A stretch of 63,837 nucleotides of DNA, filler included, from Choristocarpus tenellus KU-1152 (taxonomy: Eukaryota > Protista > Phaeophyceae), in the NCBI GenBank assembly GCA_964200185.2. It is 11 parts of 11 records of this genome, joined end to end, with 100 filler letters (N's around TTAATTAATTAA, not from the genome) between each part and the next. Parts side by side here need not be neighbours in the genome. Positions count along the whole stretch, not along the records: positions 60,161 to 63,837 come from CAXNAD020018570.1; 10 more parts are not named here. One strand, 5' to 3'. Positions 61,703 to 63,837 of this stretch are shown piece by piece; the stretch's first letter is position 1, and each line of letters opens with the position of its first letter. A program made the translations under genes and the position numbers. The notes beneath the pieces are model-generated. The model made no database searches. It was not told the origin of the DNA and saw only the letters and a list, made by a program, of their open reading frames with translations.

Positions 61703-63837
61703 ACTCCATCACACAGCCCCCCCCGCGCGCAAGGCGCGCGCCACAGCCAGCGNNNNNNNNNNCTCCCTCTCCCTCTCCTGACCCTTTCCCACTCCCACTC
61801 CCTATCCCTCTTGTCTTTCCCTCCCCCTCCCCCTCCCCCTCCCCCTCCCCCTCCACTCATGATGGACTGAATAGATATGCGCCAGCAGAAGCAGCAGCGG
61901 CTAATTGTGCGGAACCTCGACTTTCATGCGACGAATAAAGACCTTGCAGAGGCGTTTGCTGCCTTTGGACCCCTTGCAGAGGTTTTAACCGGCCTATCTC
62001 CTCCCCAAAGCTATCCGCCCCTTCCATTGAAATGCAATGATTTGCTTGTATATATTTTTTTCTTTACTTGTTGATTGGCCACCTTTGTGTGCTTGAATCC
62101 CCATCAGCAAGGAAGTCCTCCCTATGCTGACATGACAGGCGGTTGTGTTGTGCCCTTGCCTATTGTAGTCTTGTTGAACCTCTTCTGTACTGCAGGTTCT
62201 AGTGTGTGCAATTCGATTTGTTTACTTCATCCTTCTTCCTCTTTATTTGGGTTAGGGTCAGGGTTAGGATTAACTCTTTTCCTGGGCAGATAGGTGTGCA
62301 ATCGAGGGTGTTAGTTTTCTAGGGGTGTTGAAGAGTGGATTATTATCAGGAATGTCCCGGTGAGCACAAGGTGGGTACAAAAAGGTAAGGTGCTGGGTGT
62401 GTTTGCTGTGGTCACACATGAATAGGTAATCAGCACTGACTTTCATGTGGTATTTGTGTCCCCTTCAAGTCATTGTCCTTCACTTCCCTTCAAACGGTCT
62501 CTATGTTTGGTCTGCAGGTTCACATTCCCACAGTTCAGGTGAATTTCCAGAGGAAGGACAGGAGGACAGGGGAAGAGACTGAAGTGACCAGGGATAAGAG
62601 CCGAGGCTTTGGGTTTGTTCAGTTCCTCTGCCGAAGGGATGCTGCTTGCGTTGTGAAGGTGAGAAGGAATCAGCACCTTGTATCGCTAGGAAGTGTGGTG
62701 CTTGTTTGTACTATTTATACTGTTGCCAGTAAGATATAAGGTTGTGGTAGGTTAGGGTTAGGGTTTGGTTGGCGGGAAGGTGTGACTTTGTGCTGTCTTG
62801 TGAGGGCAACTGTAGGCGGTGTAATAATTGCTTATTTTTCCACCAATGATTGATTCATGCTATACCCTCAATCTTGCCATCCACCAACCAGTTTGAAACC
62901 CTCTGATGATACCAGTGGCAGGTTTTGGTTGATTTTCTGCGCCCTGCCGACCAGAATCTGACCAAAATCTCTACATATTTCTAATGTTGGGAGGGATGAT
63001 CCAAAGTAGAGTGTGTTTATTTTGCTGCTTGATTAGGGATAATGTGAACCTGTGCATCTATTATCTTGTGTCTTGTATCTTGTATCTTGTATCTTGCTTT
63101 TAAATATTTAGGTTGTTCACAGTCTTGTCTGAAAAAATGTTTGGTTAGGGTTAGGGTTAGGATTAGGATTAGGGACGTGATAGTCAACAGGTCATTTCTC
63201 ACATTGTTGCAGGATGTATTGCAATATTGAACATAATATGTACTACATATCAAGAGGTACTTTCATATCAATGAAATACGTAAAAGACTATTCCCTGTTC
63301 TCCACCCAACCGACAACCAGTTACATGTTGAATGTCCTTTCCCCTCTCCACCACCGTACCCCTCAACCTGTCAAGAAACATCAACCTCCAACCTTTGGTC
63401 TCTATGTTCCCTCACCTTCAAATCTCCTCAATTCCCTTCTTCCCGTGGCATCATTGACATTGACCAGGATCACGGGGTTCTGAGTGTGTGTGGTCGTGAT
63501 GCTGCTGTGGATTTTTCCATCACCAAGGACAAGTTCAATGCCATCAAACAGAGTGGATGTGGAGCTGCTACTCTAGCCCCTGATGTTACTACTGAGGCGG
63601 TGCAGAACAGCAGCACTCAGGATGACAAAGGTGGAGAAGAAGAGAATGAGATGAGCTCAGATGCCCATGGTGATGATGATGGTGAGGAGGAGGAGGAGGA
63701 GGAGGAGGAGGGTTCTGCGGATGAAAGTGATGATGGAATGGAGGTAGATGATGATGACTTTGATGCTGGCAGTGGAGACAGTGATGAGGATGAAGGTGAA
63801 GACAACGAGGGCAATGGGGGGGGGGAAATGGTAGAGG
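60264..63837 (+). CDS. RBM28: Multi-RRM nucleolar protein RBM28/Nop4, internal exons (runs off the window)
   Basis: Exons 60264-60450 (...[16 protein letters not shown]); 61875-61981 [28 protein letters not shown]; 62518-62658 VHIP...[10 protein letters not shown]; 63468-end ...[15 protein letters not shown] then a long D/E-rich tract. [15 protein letters not shown] and AVD..K followed by an acidic region is the RBM28/Nop4 layout. Confidence 0.85.
60494..60758 (-). mobile_element. MITE family A copy in an RBM28 intron; one TIR converted to (TTAGGG)2
   Basis: CTAT|GAGTGTAAGTATGTTAGGGTTAGGGTACG...TCTAAGATAATTTGACTC|CTAC. Confidence 0.88.

Overview
Intron-rich eukaryotic nuclear DNA, most likely a photosynthetic stramenopile of brown-algal type (inferred from a plastid-type homomeric ACCase, brown-alga-like pogo relics and TTAGGG motifs). 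It is not one locus. Ten identical 100-nt artificial linkers (N44-TTAATTAATTAA-N44) join 11 unrelated contigs. I hand-spliced seven partial host genes: a P4-ATPase flippase (-), long-form RNase Z (+), a TKL kinase (-), a CFAP157/BBOF1-like coiled-coil protein (+), a GT31-like glycosyltransferase (+), acetyl-CoA carboxylase (+) and RBM28/Nop4 (+). Between them lie many transposon relics: two Copia elements, pogo, DD39D-type mariner, MULE-SWIM, and two related MITE families with GRG...CYC ends and 4-bp TSDs. The most notable signal is a ~0.9-kb AT-rich island at 58262-59130. It reads as decayed, frameshifted pieces of Rickettsiaceae-like genes (PBP1A/mrcA, rsfS, DUF2671 and a possible autotransporter), so it is a probable nuclear insertion of endosymbiont DNA beside a Copia end. 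Splicing also looks unusual: GC donors, AAG acceptors and about 80% phase-0 introns. All family assignments come from motif recognition by eye, not database searches.
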